From Octopus sinensis (lineage: Eukaryota): a stretch of 64,000 nucleotides of DNA. Positions 22,527-35,765 of this stretch are shown piece by piece. The notes under the pieces were generated by a model. It did no database searches. It had not been told where the DNA came from and saw nothing but the letters and a program-made list of their open reading frames with translations. Each line of letters starts with the position of its first letter. Position 1 is the stretch's first letter. The stretch spans positions 63,116,001 to 63,180,000 of the forward strand of contig NC_043005.1 in NCBI RefSeq assembly GCF_006345805.1, given 5' to 3'. The position numbers and the translations under genes were made by a program.

Positions 22527-25059
22527 AGCTTCTGTTCACAAAGTTACAGATTTGTTTATGTACACACCCACGTGCACATGCATGCACATACACACACACA
22601 GTCACACACATATATCATAGCATAACAACCTGTTTTATGCTCTTTCCATAGATTTCATTTCCTCATAACTTTCTTAATAATGCATACTCTATGATAAAAT
22701 TTTACAGAGGTATATTTCCAAGGTAGTGGATGAAATTAAGAAAGTGTGATTTATTTATTTGTTCATTTACTTTTTGTACAGAAAAAAAAATAGAAGGACA
22801 TGTCCCTTTTAACAATTCAACAACTTGCATACAATCATTTCATAAAAGAAGAAAAAAAGGACCTATGACATTGTTTTAATTGATATTATTTCTAATTTGA
22901 AATTGGAAGGAATGTTTCTTCTGAGGTATATTTAGCTTTGCAACAATACAAACCAAAAGCATTCAAATTACAATTTGTAAACTCAGCAGACATTGAAGTT
23001 CCTTTATGCTTGTCAGTGAAGGTGTGTAGCCTTATGATTAGGGTGTTAGGACTGAATCATCAGGTCATTGGTTCAATTTACAGTCCACATAGTATGTTGG
23101 GTTCTTGATCAAGGCACTTCCTTTCCCATTGCTTAAGTCTACTCAGCTTGAATGAATACCAGCTAAATGTATGTACAAATCTCTCACTCTCCAGTTGTCA
23201 CATCTTATTATCAACTAAGTCAAGGTTGAGAGTACTATGAGGTTGCTTGTCTGCTCATGATTACATAGGTACCTGAAGCAATCAGCTAAAGTATGGTACA
23301 TATCTTACTCATTAGTGACAACTGACTTCATAATAATGATTCATCTATGTAACCACTGATAAAATAATTTCCTCTTTAGCAAAGTATCGTAATTTTTTTC
23401 CTGTTCAGTTAGGTGTACTTTGCATATAACAACAGCATGTGCCATCTCCGTTTCACTTCTGTTCAATTATTCCCTTTTTTTATTTTTTTGTTTTATTATT
23501 TAATTATATTACATGTGAAACATAAAAATTGAAATTTACTCATTTCATTTGTCTCTTTCTTCACCTTTCTTGGTAATCTATAATTTTAATTTGATTTTCG
23601 ATATTATTAACATTAATTGCTGAAGCCATTCATACGTTAAAAATTATTAATTACTTCCACATCCTACATGCCAGTAATTTTTATTTTGTAAAGTTGTTAA
23701 TTTATATTCAATTCTTTAATTAACTGCTAATTAGAACAAGATGAAATTTTAGGGCTTTAAGCAGTATCAGTTACAATGTTTAAAGTCTGATAAAGTTATG
23801 ACTTAAGGGCCAAAAGACTAATAGTTTAAACAGGTTTTTACAATTTCACTCACAATCTTTCTGGTTAAAAAATCACCCAAGTTTAAAAGGCTGAGTAAAA
23901 ATATCACACATCTGAAAAAAGAAAACATTTTTACTAAACTGAGTCTAAGTATTAACTTAAGTATCCTGGTTTAAGGATATTCACTCCTTTCCCATTCATT
24001 ATACTCCAAAGGGCAATGTTACAACTTCATATTTTGTTTCCTGAAAGGAATGGAATTTTCTGCCTAGATACTTATATCTGAATCAAAAAACGTATTTTTT
24101 GTTCAAAAATATGCCTTAAACCAATTAGTAAAAGCTAGCTCAAAAGTGTTTGCTTAAGAATTTCATTATTTACTTCCGAATTGTGCATGAATTTATTAGA
24201 AATTTTTCCTTTTTCTAAGTGATTTGAAATGCATAAATCTTGTTATATATCAAACCTCAAGTTGTACATGAAAGTCAACAACTTTTAAGATGCCAGAATA
24301 TTATATTTGGTAAGATATGGAATAATGTATCAGGGGACATTAATTAAATATTTCAAATAACCGAGTCATTTGAAACATATAAATAGAATTTTTTTCATTT
24401 TTCAAAGTTGAAGCTGAACCTAAAAGCCAATAATTTTTAGGATGCTAAATATTACATTTAGTATAAGATACAGAATTTTGTTTCAGGGGACATAAATTAA
24501 ATATTATTTTCAAAGTTTAAATTTTCTTTTATTATAAAACTTCTGACATTCAGGAAGAGGATAGGGAAATATCACATCGGCTATGCAAATGGAACCAAAC
24601 TAAAAGCTAAATGTTTAAACTATTTGAAGTTTTCATTCCCTTTTGATAATTTCCTCTATAAATTTATGAACATAATTATTAAATCATCAAAGAATAATGT
24701 TGATAACTGAATTCTGTTTGGAGACATTAACTTCAAAATTATTATATGTGTAAACTACGTTGATTCCAAAATAATTCTCTATTTGACATTCAAAATATTC
24801 AAAAGTTATTGATTTCTAACATTTGAGCAAGGCTACATTTTGGGGGAATATATTTTTTAAAAAAGGAGTCCTCTGTTTGATTAGTATTTTAACCTTGAAA
24901 GGAGAAAAGGCTAAATTGATCTTTATAGAATTTGTAAAGTAAATGATTGGATTGTGGATTCAGGAAAAGTTTGAATGTCACACACTCTCAGTTTACGACT
25001 CATTATAATTATATAAGAATAAAACAACCAGTTTCTGTAATGATGATAATAATAATAAT

Positions 25060-25258
25060 TTTGGCACATGGCCTGCAATTTTAGGTGTAAAGTGGGGTGG
25101 GTTGATTACATCAGTTCCAATGCTTTATTTAATTGACTCTTGAAAGACGAAAAGTAAAGTTGACCCTGGTGGGATTTGAACTCAGAACATAAAAAGCCAG
25201 AAGAAATGTTGCCACACATTTTTTCTAATGTGTAAACAATTCTGCCATCTCACCACCT
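25060..25258 (-). mobile_element. SINE family B variant (different 3' tail), degenerate
   Basis: Same head and central domain; tail GGCACA(A/T)GGCC..AATTTT..GGGG shared with 31670 and 38225. Confidence 0.65.
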
Positions 25259-25282
25259 AAATAAATAATAATAATAATAATA

Positions 25283-25320
<38 letters not shown>

Positions 25321-26206
25321 CTAAAACTAGAACAACAACAGATCATGATAAAACGATGGCAAGAAAAGCCCCTTCATGGCAAATACTGGACTAAACTAAA
25401 TGCAAAAGAAATAGACAAGGAAAAATCCCAGCAATGGTTGAGAAGCTCAGGACTCAAAGCAGAGATAGAGGGATTTTTAATTGCAGCACAAGACCAAAGC
25501 CTCCCCACCAGAAATTACCAAAAACATGTAATGAAAAGAAATATAACAAGTAACTGCAGAATATGTGGAGATGGACAAGAAACAATAAATCATATTATCT
25601 CTGGCTTCCCAGTCCTGGCTAAGAAGGAATATATTCACAGACACGACAGAGTTGGGACCTACATACCCTGGAAGCTATGCCAACATTATGGAATAACAAC
25701 AGAAAAATGATGGTAGAGGCACACACCAGAAAAGGTCACAGAAAACGAGAAAGCAACCATACTCTGGGATATGCCAATACACACAGATAGAGAAATTAAG
25801 GCCAACAGACTAGATATAGTTGTCAGAGATCATGAAGAAAAAAATGCTTTCTAATTGATGTATCAATACCAGCAGATGACAACATGTCTCTAAAAGAAAT
25901 GGAGAAACTTTCAAAATACAAAGACCAGGAAATAGAGGTAACTAGAATGTGGAATCTAAAAACAGAAACAATTCCTATCATAGTAGGTGATAAAAAAATA
26001 TTCAGACAAATACATAACTAAAACATCAGGACTTACAAACACATATAACATACAGAAAATTGCACTACTAGGCACTGCACACATCCTATGCAGAACACTT
26101 TCAATACAGTAACCATCAGAGCATCACAGCAAACCACAGCACATACCCAAGGCACACAGATCTGTGCTCAGTAGTGAAGTGAAAGCATGCTATAAAAATA
26201 AAACTA

Positions 26207-26210
<4 letters not shown>
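25321..26210 (+). mobile_element. R4/Dong-type non-LTR retrotransposon 3' fragment with CCHC and restriction-like endonuclease, in a (TAA)n tract
   Basis: AAQDQSLPTRNY..CRICGDGQETINHIISGF..RHDRV..LWD..NRLDIVV..LIDVSIP..KLSKY. 3' UTR ends ACTACTGA then (ATA)n. Inactivating changes present. Confidence 0.88.
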
Positions 26211-26244
<34 letters not shown>

Positions 26245-26283
26245 TGATAATAATAATAATAATAATGATAATAATAATAATAA

Positions 26284-26574
26284 TAGAGAAATTTTCAAAG
26301 ACCAGGAAATAGAGGTAACTCAAATGTGGAGTCTAAAAACAGAAACAATTCCTATCATAGTGGGCACATTAGGTATGATAAAAAAATATTCAGACAAATA
26401 CATAACAAAAACACCAGAGAAAATAGCACTACTAGGAACTGCATACAGCCAACGTAAAACACTTTTAATATAGTGAAAATACGAGCATCATAACAAACCA
26501 CAGCACATACCCAAGGCACACATAGCTGTGCTCAGCAATGCAGTGAAAACACATGAAGAAAATAAGACTACTGA
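26284..26574 (+). mobile_element. Second, shorter 3' copy of the same R4-type element
   Basis: Repeats TTCAAA..AGACCAGGAAATAGAGGTAACT..CCAAGGCACACA..ACTACTGAATAATAAT. Confidence 0.85.
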
Positions 26575-26589
26575 ATAATAATACTATAA

Positions 26590-27095
26590 GATGAAGTTGT
26601 AGTGGAGGAGAGGCCAGCCAATCAATATAATGTGGAAAACCCTGAAATAAGAGAGGATATGACTGAGGAACAGAGAAACCTCAGGAAAAGACTATAAGGA
26701 TATAATAATTACATGAGCAGTGACCAAGCCGGTGAATCGAAGAAGCTTCAACCATAACAATGTGAAACGTGTAACCCAAAAGATCTAACAGAAACAAGGG
26801 ACTAGATCAGATCTGCTTCAATTTTAGTAGGTGAACTGGTTAGAATGAAAGAGAGGAAATTAGATGGACAGAAGGAGCCATGGTGGAAGCAGAGAGTTGA
26901 AGATGATATTCTAAGTTTGTGTAAATATCTGAGCTGCAGAGAAGAGTAGTCCAAAGGGCAATGGAAAAATGGAAAAGAAAATGCAAGGGCATATCTTGAC
27001 GTGAAGTACCAAATAAAAAAGAAAGGGTTCAAAACTGTCATTGAAACCCTCAAACAACATGTGCAGGCTAAAAAATCAGCACTACACTGATCGCA
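26590..27095 (+). pseudogene. R4-type LINE pre-RT region remnant
   Basis: KEPWWKQRVEDDI..KYQIKKKGFKTVIETLKQ, typical of R4-clade ORF upstream of the RT. Confidence 0.6.
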
Positions 27096-27129
27096 TATCA
27101 CAGTTCCGGTAAAACTGGTTATTCTCAAA

Positions 27130-28247
27130 TAACCATAGGCAGTTTTTAAGGCCTAAAACACGTTTTTAAGTCCTAAAACACGTCAACTCAAAGAACCTTG
27201 TGACTGCCATCAACATATGGGCTGTTCTGTAGTCTGCTAAAGTGCACCCATCCCATTCCATTTCTGCAAATAAAAAGTTCTTAAAAATTGCAATTGCTTA
27301 TCACTTTTCCCATCCTGCTTAATTTTAAAGTGATGTACAGAAACTATTTTTTTTCTTAAAGCATATGCTTCAAACATAGAAGATTGTGATTCCACACAAA
27401 AATTAGGGCTAGCATTGGGGTTGGGTTTAGGATTTAATATTAGGATTAGTACTGTAGTTTAGATTTTAAGGATATAATAAGGATTAGAATCTTGGGTTAA
27501 GTTTTAAGGTAAGAGCTGAGGGTTAGAATTTAGTGTTAGGGCTTCGTGTTAGCACTTAATTTTACTTTTTACTTTTACTTTTACTTGTTTCAGTCATTTG
27601 ACAGCGGCCATGCGGGAGCACCGCCTTTGGTCAAGCAAATTGACCCCAGGACTTATTCTTTGGAAGCCTAGTACTTATTCTATCAGTCTCTTTTGCCAAC
27701 ACCACCATCAATTGTCAAGCGATGTTGGGGGGACAAACACAGGCACACAAACATATATACACACATATATATATACATATATATGACGGGCTTGTTTCAG
27801 TTTCCATCTACCAAATCCACTCACAAGGTTTTGGTTGACCTGAGGCTATAGTAGAAGACACTTGTCCAAGGTGCCATGCAGTGGGAATGAAACCGGAACC
27901 ATGTGGTTCATAAGCAAGCTACTTACCACACAGCCACTCCTGTGCCTTACAACTTGGGGTTAGGGCAAGGATAAGTTTAAGCAAAGATTGAAAAGAGATT
28001 CAAAAGATTTGAATTTGTGTACAATTTTTTACAAAATCGAACTTGCATATGTTTGGAATTTGGATATCAAAGAAAAATATATTCTTAAAACTAGAAAAAT
28101 AAAAAGGTCTACAAAGTGTTCTTAGTCTGTAATTTTGTTGATCGATTTTTTTCAAAAAGATTTAGTATAAGTTAAATAAAGAGCTTTGTGGTGTTACTAT
28201 CAATTCTCTGAGTCATTAACTCAGGCAACACCAGGTAATTCAGCTAT
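27130..28247 (+). mobile_element. Helitron-like element with degenerate TTAGGG-like repeats, interrupted by a SINE
   Basis: 3' end CTCAGGCAACACCAGGTAATTCAGCTAT resembles the 16195-16219 terminus. GGGTTAG-like runs at 27405-27545 resume at ~27955 after the SINE. 5' end not defined. Confidence 0.4.
27565..27950 (-). mobile_element. SINE family A
   Basis: Reverse-complement match to 8246-8668, with an internal deletion. Confidence 0.85.
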
Positions 28248-29539
28248 GTGTGTGTGTGTATGTATGTATGTATGTATGTATGTATATATATATAGTTAAA
28301 ATTCTATTTAGCAGATTTCTTACATTGGTATAGGACAGCAAAATTACAGAGTAATGGCTGTAACATACAGAATTAACTCCACTGTAGCTATTATATTGAC
28401 TTCAGATTAAATACTTTGAAAATGAGGGAGGAAACTAGCTACCCTGTGATTGAAATCACTTTTGATTTTTATTATGGCTCAAGACTGCACGTTCTGTGTA
28501 TGTCGATGCTGGTGCCTGAATTGCACTTTATTTCATTGACTTTGAAATGATGGAAAGCAAAACTAACCTAGGAAGAATTTGGTGTCAGACTGTAAAGCTA
28601 TGCCACTAAATTCTACAATGTATTTTGCCTGTCTGTCACTCTACCTATTGAGTCAATACATACTGAGATATCTATAATTCATAATTAACAAGAACAAAAC
28701 ACAAACTACATAATGTCATGAACACAAGAGCAGACACTATTTTACCTCATGTTTGTTTAAACCATTGTGGCTAAGGCCATACTGGAATGCCATCATCTAT
28801 GAAAGCTTACTGAATATTTTATGAAGGATTGTATAAGTTTTCAATACTGTAGCTAACTAACAAAAATAACAAGCCAAAAAGAAACAAAACAAAAATCTTT
28901 GTCAATGAACCTGCATTATCTGTTTATATTCAACCTAACTACATTTTTTATTGCTGACATTTTGAATCACCTCTATTATTAGAATATTTTGTGTGTATCT
29001 CTCAGAAAATTAACTCATCTATTATTTCCAGGAATTTGCTATTGTAATTCATAACATTTATCACTCTTCTACTTGGAAGCATCTTGCTGTTTTAGAACAA
29101 TGTTTCCAAATGTTGCTGCAACAATTGTTACTTCTGTCATTTTGAAAAACAAAATTTGTTGTGTCTTTCTATGACTTCATAACATTTAGTATGATATGGT
29201 GAGATTGAATTTTTGATAAGCTTACAGATTTCAGATTACCTTGCATACGAATTTAGTAAGTAGGTTACTCTCATAGTGCATTTCATATCCATTGAAGAAA
29301 TTGAACTCTTCATTGGAAAATATCCAGCAATTGTGTACTGTTTCTTTTGCAGCAGTTGATGTTGTTGTTGTTGCTATTATCATTGTTTTTATTTTATTTT
29401 GCTAGTTTTGTATTGTGTTTGGTGAATATTAATCCTCTATTTTTCTGTGGCAAGAGAGAGAAAGAATTATTTGTGTATTTTGATGCAGAACATTAACCAT
29501 ACAACTCTCTCTCTCTTTCTTTCTTTCTCTATCTCTCTC

Positions 29540-29584
29540 AATATTATATATATATATATACATATATATACATGTATATACATG

Positions 29585-29632
<48 letters not shown>

Positions 29633-29648
29633 TACATGTATATACATG

Positions 29649-29694
<46 letters not shown>

Positions 29695-29709
29695 TATACA
29701 TGTATATAA

Positions 29710-29785
<76 letters not shown>

Positions 29786-29827
29786 TATACATGTATATAA
29801 ATATATATATATACATATATATACATG

Positions 29828-29879
<52 letters not shown>

Positions 29880-29938
29880 TACACATATATATATAAATGT
29901 ATATATACACATATATATACATATGTATATATACATAC

Positions 29939-29975
<37 letters not shown>

Positions 29976-30105
29976 CATACAAACATATATAAATATATAT
30001 ACATGCATACATAAATATATATACATACATACATACTGCACATTCTGTATATGTCACACACACACACACACATATATATATGTATATGTATATATATATA
30101 GGATA
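29540..30105. repeat. Long (TA)n tract with a higher-order unit
   Basis: CATGTATATAAATATATAT.. recurs about five times. Confidence 0.95.
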
Positions 30106-30322
30106 TGAAAGGTATTGGTGTCAGGAAGACCCAAAAGGTATCAGGTAAACGCTAACTAAGTGCCTTGGATAGACCATAATTAAGATCCAGGCTCAATAAT
30201 GATACGAGTGAGGAGTCCAACATGGGTCATGTATTAGCAAGCATGTATATAAATTGACACAATGAGATAAAAAAAAAACCAAGGCTGTAAATAGATTTCA
30301 TAACATTTATCAAAGAAAGGTT

Positions 30323-30345
30323 ATACAGCTGTTTCTGGGATATTT
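30323..30345 (-). ncRNA. 3' half of a hammerhead (ATATCCCA GAAA C AGCT GTA), CUGAUGA half not found
   Basis: Same motif and downstream sequence (..ACAGCCTTGG..TTTATCT.ATT) as 54773-54850. Confidence 0.45.
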
Positions 30346-30454
30346 CATATTTGAACATGTATTTTCTTAAGAAGAAATTTTTGTCCATGTTGTGTGTGAT
30401 GATATTTACAAGTGAATAACTTCACAAGCAGAGAAATAAGGGGAGGTAATTGGT

Positions 30455-30810
30455 TATCATTATTGGCTGTTGCCAATGCCGCCCTGACTGGCCTCGTCCG
30501 GTGGCACGTAAAAAGCACCATCCAATTGTGGCTGTTGCCAGCCTCACCTGGCCCCCATGCCAGTGACACGTAAAAAGCACCATCTGATCGTTGCCGCTTG
30601 CCAGCCTCGTCTGGCACCTGTGCTGGTGGCACGTAAAAAGCACCCACTATACTCACGGAGTGGTTGGCGTTAGGTAGGGCATCCAGCCGTAGAAACATTG
30701 CCAGATCAGACTGGGCCTGCTGCAGCCTTCTGGCTTCCCAGACCCCAGTTGACCCGTCCAACCCATGCTAGCATGGAAAGCGGATGCTAAACGAAGATGA
30801 TGATGATGAT
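30455..30810 (+). mobile_element. RTE-type LINE 3' UTR
   Basis: GGTGGCACGTAAAAAGCACC repeats, GGGCATCCAG segment, (GAT)n tail. Confidence 0.85.
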
Positions 30811-30920
30811 GTTGTGGGCAATACTGTTCAGCTTTTGGTAAGGGGAGGAGAATATATATATATACACCAAAAATAGTTTCGAAAAAGGTGTTTATATATA
30901 CACACAGACAAGACTAACAT

Positions 30921-31160
30921 TCTGTCAGTTACAAGTATTCCAGTCGATCTGATGAATGGAACAGCCTGCTCACAAAAATTAATATGCAACTGGCCGAGCA
31001 CTCCAAAACATTCATACCCTTAAAGTAGTTTGCAGGAAGATTTAGCATCACACAGAATGCGACCAGGCTGACCTTTTGAATTACAGATACAACTCATTTT
31101 TGCCAGCTGTATGGCCTGGAGCCATGTGAAATAAAATGTTTTGCCTAATGACACAAAGTG
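30921..31160 (-). mobile_element. Degenerate tRNA-SINE fragment (family E 3' half joined to a family D module)
   Basis: GGAACAGCCTGCTC..GAGCACTCC matches 60730-60790; TTTTTGCCAGCTG..GAAATAAA matches family D. Confidence 0.55.
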
Positions 31161-31669
31161 CCTATCATGTTTATGGAAGCCTTTTATCTACTACCTCTCA
31201 AATACTAGGATTTCTTAAGCAATACTTTTCTCATAGCGAAGGCTTTCATGTTTACTAATCACTTGGCTTCCATCTACATATTGTATACAAACAGTAAAAT
31301 TTGTTCCTTCTCCACTTCATCAGGTTCATTTTTATACACAAAGATATGCCAGTCTTCAATCAAGCATGATCACTGGTTTTACCAATGTCCCTTGTGTAAC
31401 CCTCACCTATCTTCATCAAACTCTCAACCATACTCTTTCTACAGAGATTTATCCTGATTTTTGGAAACAGGCATAAACAACACTAAATAACAGCAACAAT
31501 GACCAATGGTTCCTTGTGCTTGGGAGATTCTTTGAAAATAAGACTGCTGTATTGCATTTGACATCAGTATAACCTCTGATTACATCTGACACAAGAACCT
31601 AATCTTGCTCTACTTTGGGTTCCATTCACTGCTCATCTCTTGTTCTAGAAGCTTCTTGCCATTATCCTT

Positions 31670-32045
31670 TTCTAATCTAGGCACAAGGCCCCAAATTTGG
31701 AGGGGAGGGGGCCAGTCGATTAGATCGACCCCACTATGCAACTGGTACTTAATTTATTGACCCCGAAAGGATGAAAGGCAAAGTCGACCTTGGCGGAATT
31801 CGAATTCAGAACGTATAGACAAATGAAATACCTATTTCTTTACTACCCACAAGGGGCTAAACACAGAGAGGACAAACAAGGACAGACAATTACATCGATC
31901 CCAGTGCGTCACTGGTATTTAATTTATCAACCCCGAAAGGATGAAAAGCAAAGTCAACCTCAGCAGAATTTGAACTCAGAACGTAACAGCAGACGAAATA
32001 CCGCTAAGCATTTCACCCGGCATGCTAACATTCCTGTCAGCTCAC
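31670..32045 (-). mobile_element. Tandem pair of SINE family B copies (variant 31670-31827, standard 31828-32045)
   Basis: Central domain present twice, with two different tails. Confidence 0.8.
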
Positions 32046-33984
32046 TGCTTCTTGTCATTATCATACTACTGTAGCATGTGTTGATAATTTTGAGCCACAT
32101 TCTATCAACTCAGGTATCTCCTTAGCATCCTTTATATTCCTCAAACTCTCCCTCCTGTACAGTAACAAACTATTTTCTGTCACCTCTAACAGCTCTCCCT
32201 CCTCTTTAAATGATGCTGTTCTTCCTCATTTTTATCCTTCTACACGCAGGCACCATTTGCATGCAAACTAGACATTTCATGGCAAAGCTGCTTTGCCTCT
32301 ATGGGAAATAACCTCTATTAGAGGCATGATAATCTAGAATCTTTCACAAAGACACTAAAACACAATCACTGTTCATATCAAGAAAATGATCTTGTACATT
32401 AACCTCTGAAGTCTTGGACAGCATTTAAAATGTGTTCAATGACCCATTAATTAAATTACATTTTCTGAATTTTTTTTTTTTTCCTAAAAGCATTTTTTTT
32501 ACTTGCTTTCTTATTCTGTCTGGAATATTAATATTTTTTATTCTACATTATAATTTCATTCAATCAGACACAAAACACATATTTTATACTAAATTTCCTT
32601 GTGAACATTGACAACTGTCCATAATAAGAAGACTGTTTTGGAAATCAAACTTGTATTTTGTTGCTTTTTTTTTGTTTTTACTGTGTAGTATTCATTTCAT
32701 TTTAGGCATAAAAATAAAACATTTTATACTTAATTATACCTAAATAAAAATATTCTATGCTTCAAAATTACAGCAAATATTATGATGATCTTTCCTTGTG
32801 ATCCTATTTACACAGTATAGATTGCTTTGCAACTCAAAGGTTGATATTCTCTTGAGAGCCAGAAAATAATTTAGCTCTGATCAATTTTGACCCTCTACAC
32901 AGGTACGACCTACAAGGAAATATTGCTCCCATACAGGGCACAAACTGCTGCTATGTACTCTAACAACTTAAATTACATCTAAAAGAAGGTAGTTCAACTC
33001 ATTGGAAAAGACTCAGTCACTAATACTCTATAGTTTAGGGCTTCATAATCTGTAAGTATATAAAATTTAGTTGAAAACCATATATGTTTTTTTTAATTCA
33101 TTAAACCTTCTGGTATGATTTTTTTAAAAAGGGTCTTCCAAGTTTTATATAGTTTAGGGTCTCATTAAATCTAAATTGATGGGGAGACAGCATATCTAAC
33201 CCTCAGATATATTGTCTTCTCCACTCTCCTTGTTTATTGCTACTATAGAAACTAACCTATTCACCTCTGACCTGGCTAGTTGTATACTACATCCTTTCAG
33301 GCCAGCTTGTCTTTCCTTTTCTCTCATAATGCCAGCAATGTTTCACTTGCCCACACATTATTACTCACACTAATCACTGTATCCAATTCAATATTATACT
33401 TCTGGAATTTCTTTTCAGCCCATGATTTTCCAGCAAGTCATCACCCTCAGATGTTCAAGCTGATCATATCATCAGTATCAAAAGGTCTTTGATACTCATA
33501 TCCATTTCCCCACTTCTAGACTAAGATATAAGAACAGGCTAAATGTATAAGAGTATTTAGTTTTGTTATCCTAATCGCTGAGTTTAGAATCTATATACCA
33601 GTTGATCTTTGTGACATTGATGTTTTTCATCTGCATGGAAAACTATTTAGTTGTAGCATATAACTTCTTTTAGATGGGTAACCTAATCAGCTGCATAGTC
33701 AGGCATTGTGAAAGCATAGCGACCAGCGAAAGGATGTGAATGAAAAATTCAGCAAAATTAAACCTCAGTTGGCAACAAAGGGCTTTTCTCTGTAAATGAT
33801 GGATAGATTCATGCTATTTGTATACAAAGTGTGATGTTGCATGGCAGCAAAAAATGGGTCTGTTAAATAAAGTGGATATGGAAGGATTGGAAAGAAAATA
33901 TAAGTGTATGACTGAGTGTGATTCATTATGCCTGGAAAATGAAGTACAAGTAAGCTGACAGATTGTGCATTTCATATATATATC

Positions 33985-34038
33985 ATCATCGTCGTTTAAC
34001 GTCCGTTTAACGTCCGTTCTCCATGCTAGCATGGGTTG

Positions 34039-34084
<46 letters not shown>

Positions 34085-34122
34085 AAACATATAAAAAAGT
34101 ATATAAATATAATATATATATG

Positions 34123-34190
<68 letters not shown>

Positions 34191-34195
34191 CTATA

Positions 34196-34254
<59 letters not shown>

Positions 34255-34272
34255 TATATTATACATATATGA

Positions 34273-34363
<91 letters not shown>

Positions 34364-34414
34364 ATATATATATACATATATACATATATATATATACATA
34401 TATATATATATAAC

Positions 34415-34497
<83 letters not shown>
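33985..34497. repeat. RTE 3' tail fragment (33985-34040, minus) followed by ~450 bp of (TA)n
   Basis: CATCATCGTCGTTTAACGTCC..CCATGCTAGCATGGGTTGGAC, then TA repeat. Confidence 0.9.
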
Positions 34498-34498
<1 letters not shown>

Positions 34499-34789
34499 AA
34501 TTGTGTACATTATAATTAGCCTTAGTGGGGTACTTCTTTTCATTCACAAAAAGTGCTCAACAAATATTGATATAAATCACGAATTGTAATTTATATGAAC
34601 AAATTATGAATAAATTCAGAATATAGCATGAGTTCTATTCAATAAGAGAATAAATAGAAACAGCTAACTTCTGTTGCATGCTATGAAAGAAATATACGTT
34701 ATGTTTTTAGTTATTAGCAAATCAAATATGCATGAATGCATTAGTGTAGCAATAAAAGAGTGACAAATGCTACAAGTACAATGTGAAAA

Positions 34790-35100
34790 CTATAGCATTG
34801 GACTCACCAAAGACTTGTGAGTAGATCTGGTAGATGGAAACTGAATGAATCTTATCATATGCATATATGTATATATATATCTGTGTGTGTGTCTTTGTGT
34901 CCGTGTTTGTCTCCCATCACTGCTTAACAGCTGGTGTTGGCATGACTGTGTTTCTGTAACTTGGTGGTTCAGCATAAGAGACCGATGGAATAAATACCAG
35001 GCTTCAAAAGATTAGTACTGTGGTTGATTCATTCAGCTAAAAATTCAAGGTGGTGCCCCAGCATGGCCACAGTCTAATGACTGAAACAAGTAAAAGGATA
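34790..35100 (+). mobile_element. SINE family A, 5'-truncated
   Basis: GTAGATGGAAACTGAA..CCAGCATGGCCACAGTCTAATGACTGAAACAAGTAAAAG. Confidence 0.75.
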
Positions 35101-35731
35101 CATAAGAGAAGACTGCAGCATGAGTATGGACATGTGGTCATATGGAGAATGATGGTTTGGGAAATGAGTACATAAAGAAGTGCACAAAAGAGGAAAACTA
35201 ATGTGAGTTGAAGAAGTAAGGAGGGATCCCAGCTTACAAGATCTTAGAAAGGAGGTGATGAAAGAACATGATGAGTGGAGATATGCTGTGCTGGAACAGA
35301 TTCATTCAACTCAAGCCATTCAAAAGGTGGACATAGAAATATAAACAGTGACAATGATAACAGAATATCAGAACATATTAGGACTCATTTAGTCAAGTGT
35401 ATATTCTTATATAAATATAATTTATTTTTATACTTGAGAAAGAAATGAGTATTAGACAGGTAAACAAGAAAATACAAGTTCATATTTCAAAACTATATTT
35501 TCTATTATGGACTAATGTTCACAATCAGATTTAGAATAAAGTATGTGTTTTTGTGTTTGATTGAACGAAATTATAATGTGGAATAGAAAATATATTAATA
35601 TTCTAGACAGAATAGGAAATCAAGTAGAAAAAAAATGATTTTTGGGAAAAAAGTTTTTTTTTTCAGAAAACATAATTTAATTAATGGGTCATTGAACACA
35701 TTTTTCTCTCTTGTATGGTGTTTGCTTAAAA

Positions 35732-35765
<34 letters not shown>

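Noticed and set aside
23700-24700. Scattered direct (~70 bp, 24280/24435) and inverted (13 bp, 23821/24612) repeats
   Set aside because: Probably an old DNA transposon, but termini could not be defined.
27405-27545. Telomere or chromosome-fusion scar
   Set aside because: The hexamers are highly degenerate and embedded in an interspersed repeat.
29429-30108. Long ORFs rich in Y/I/M/C/V (also 2185-2705, 12830-13350, 13910-14495, 33965-34547, 47007-47318, 51255-51502, 59562-59857)
   Set aside because: Stop-free frames produced by TA, CA, GA and CAT microsatellites; not proteins.
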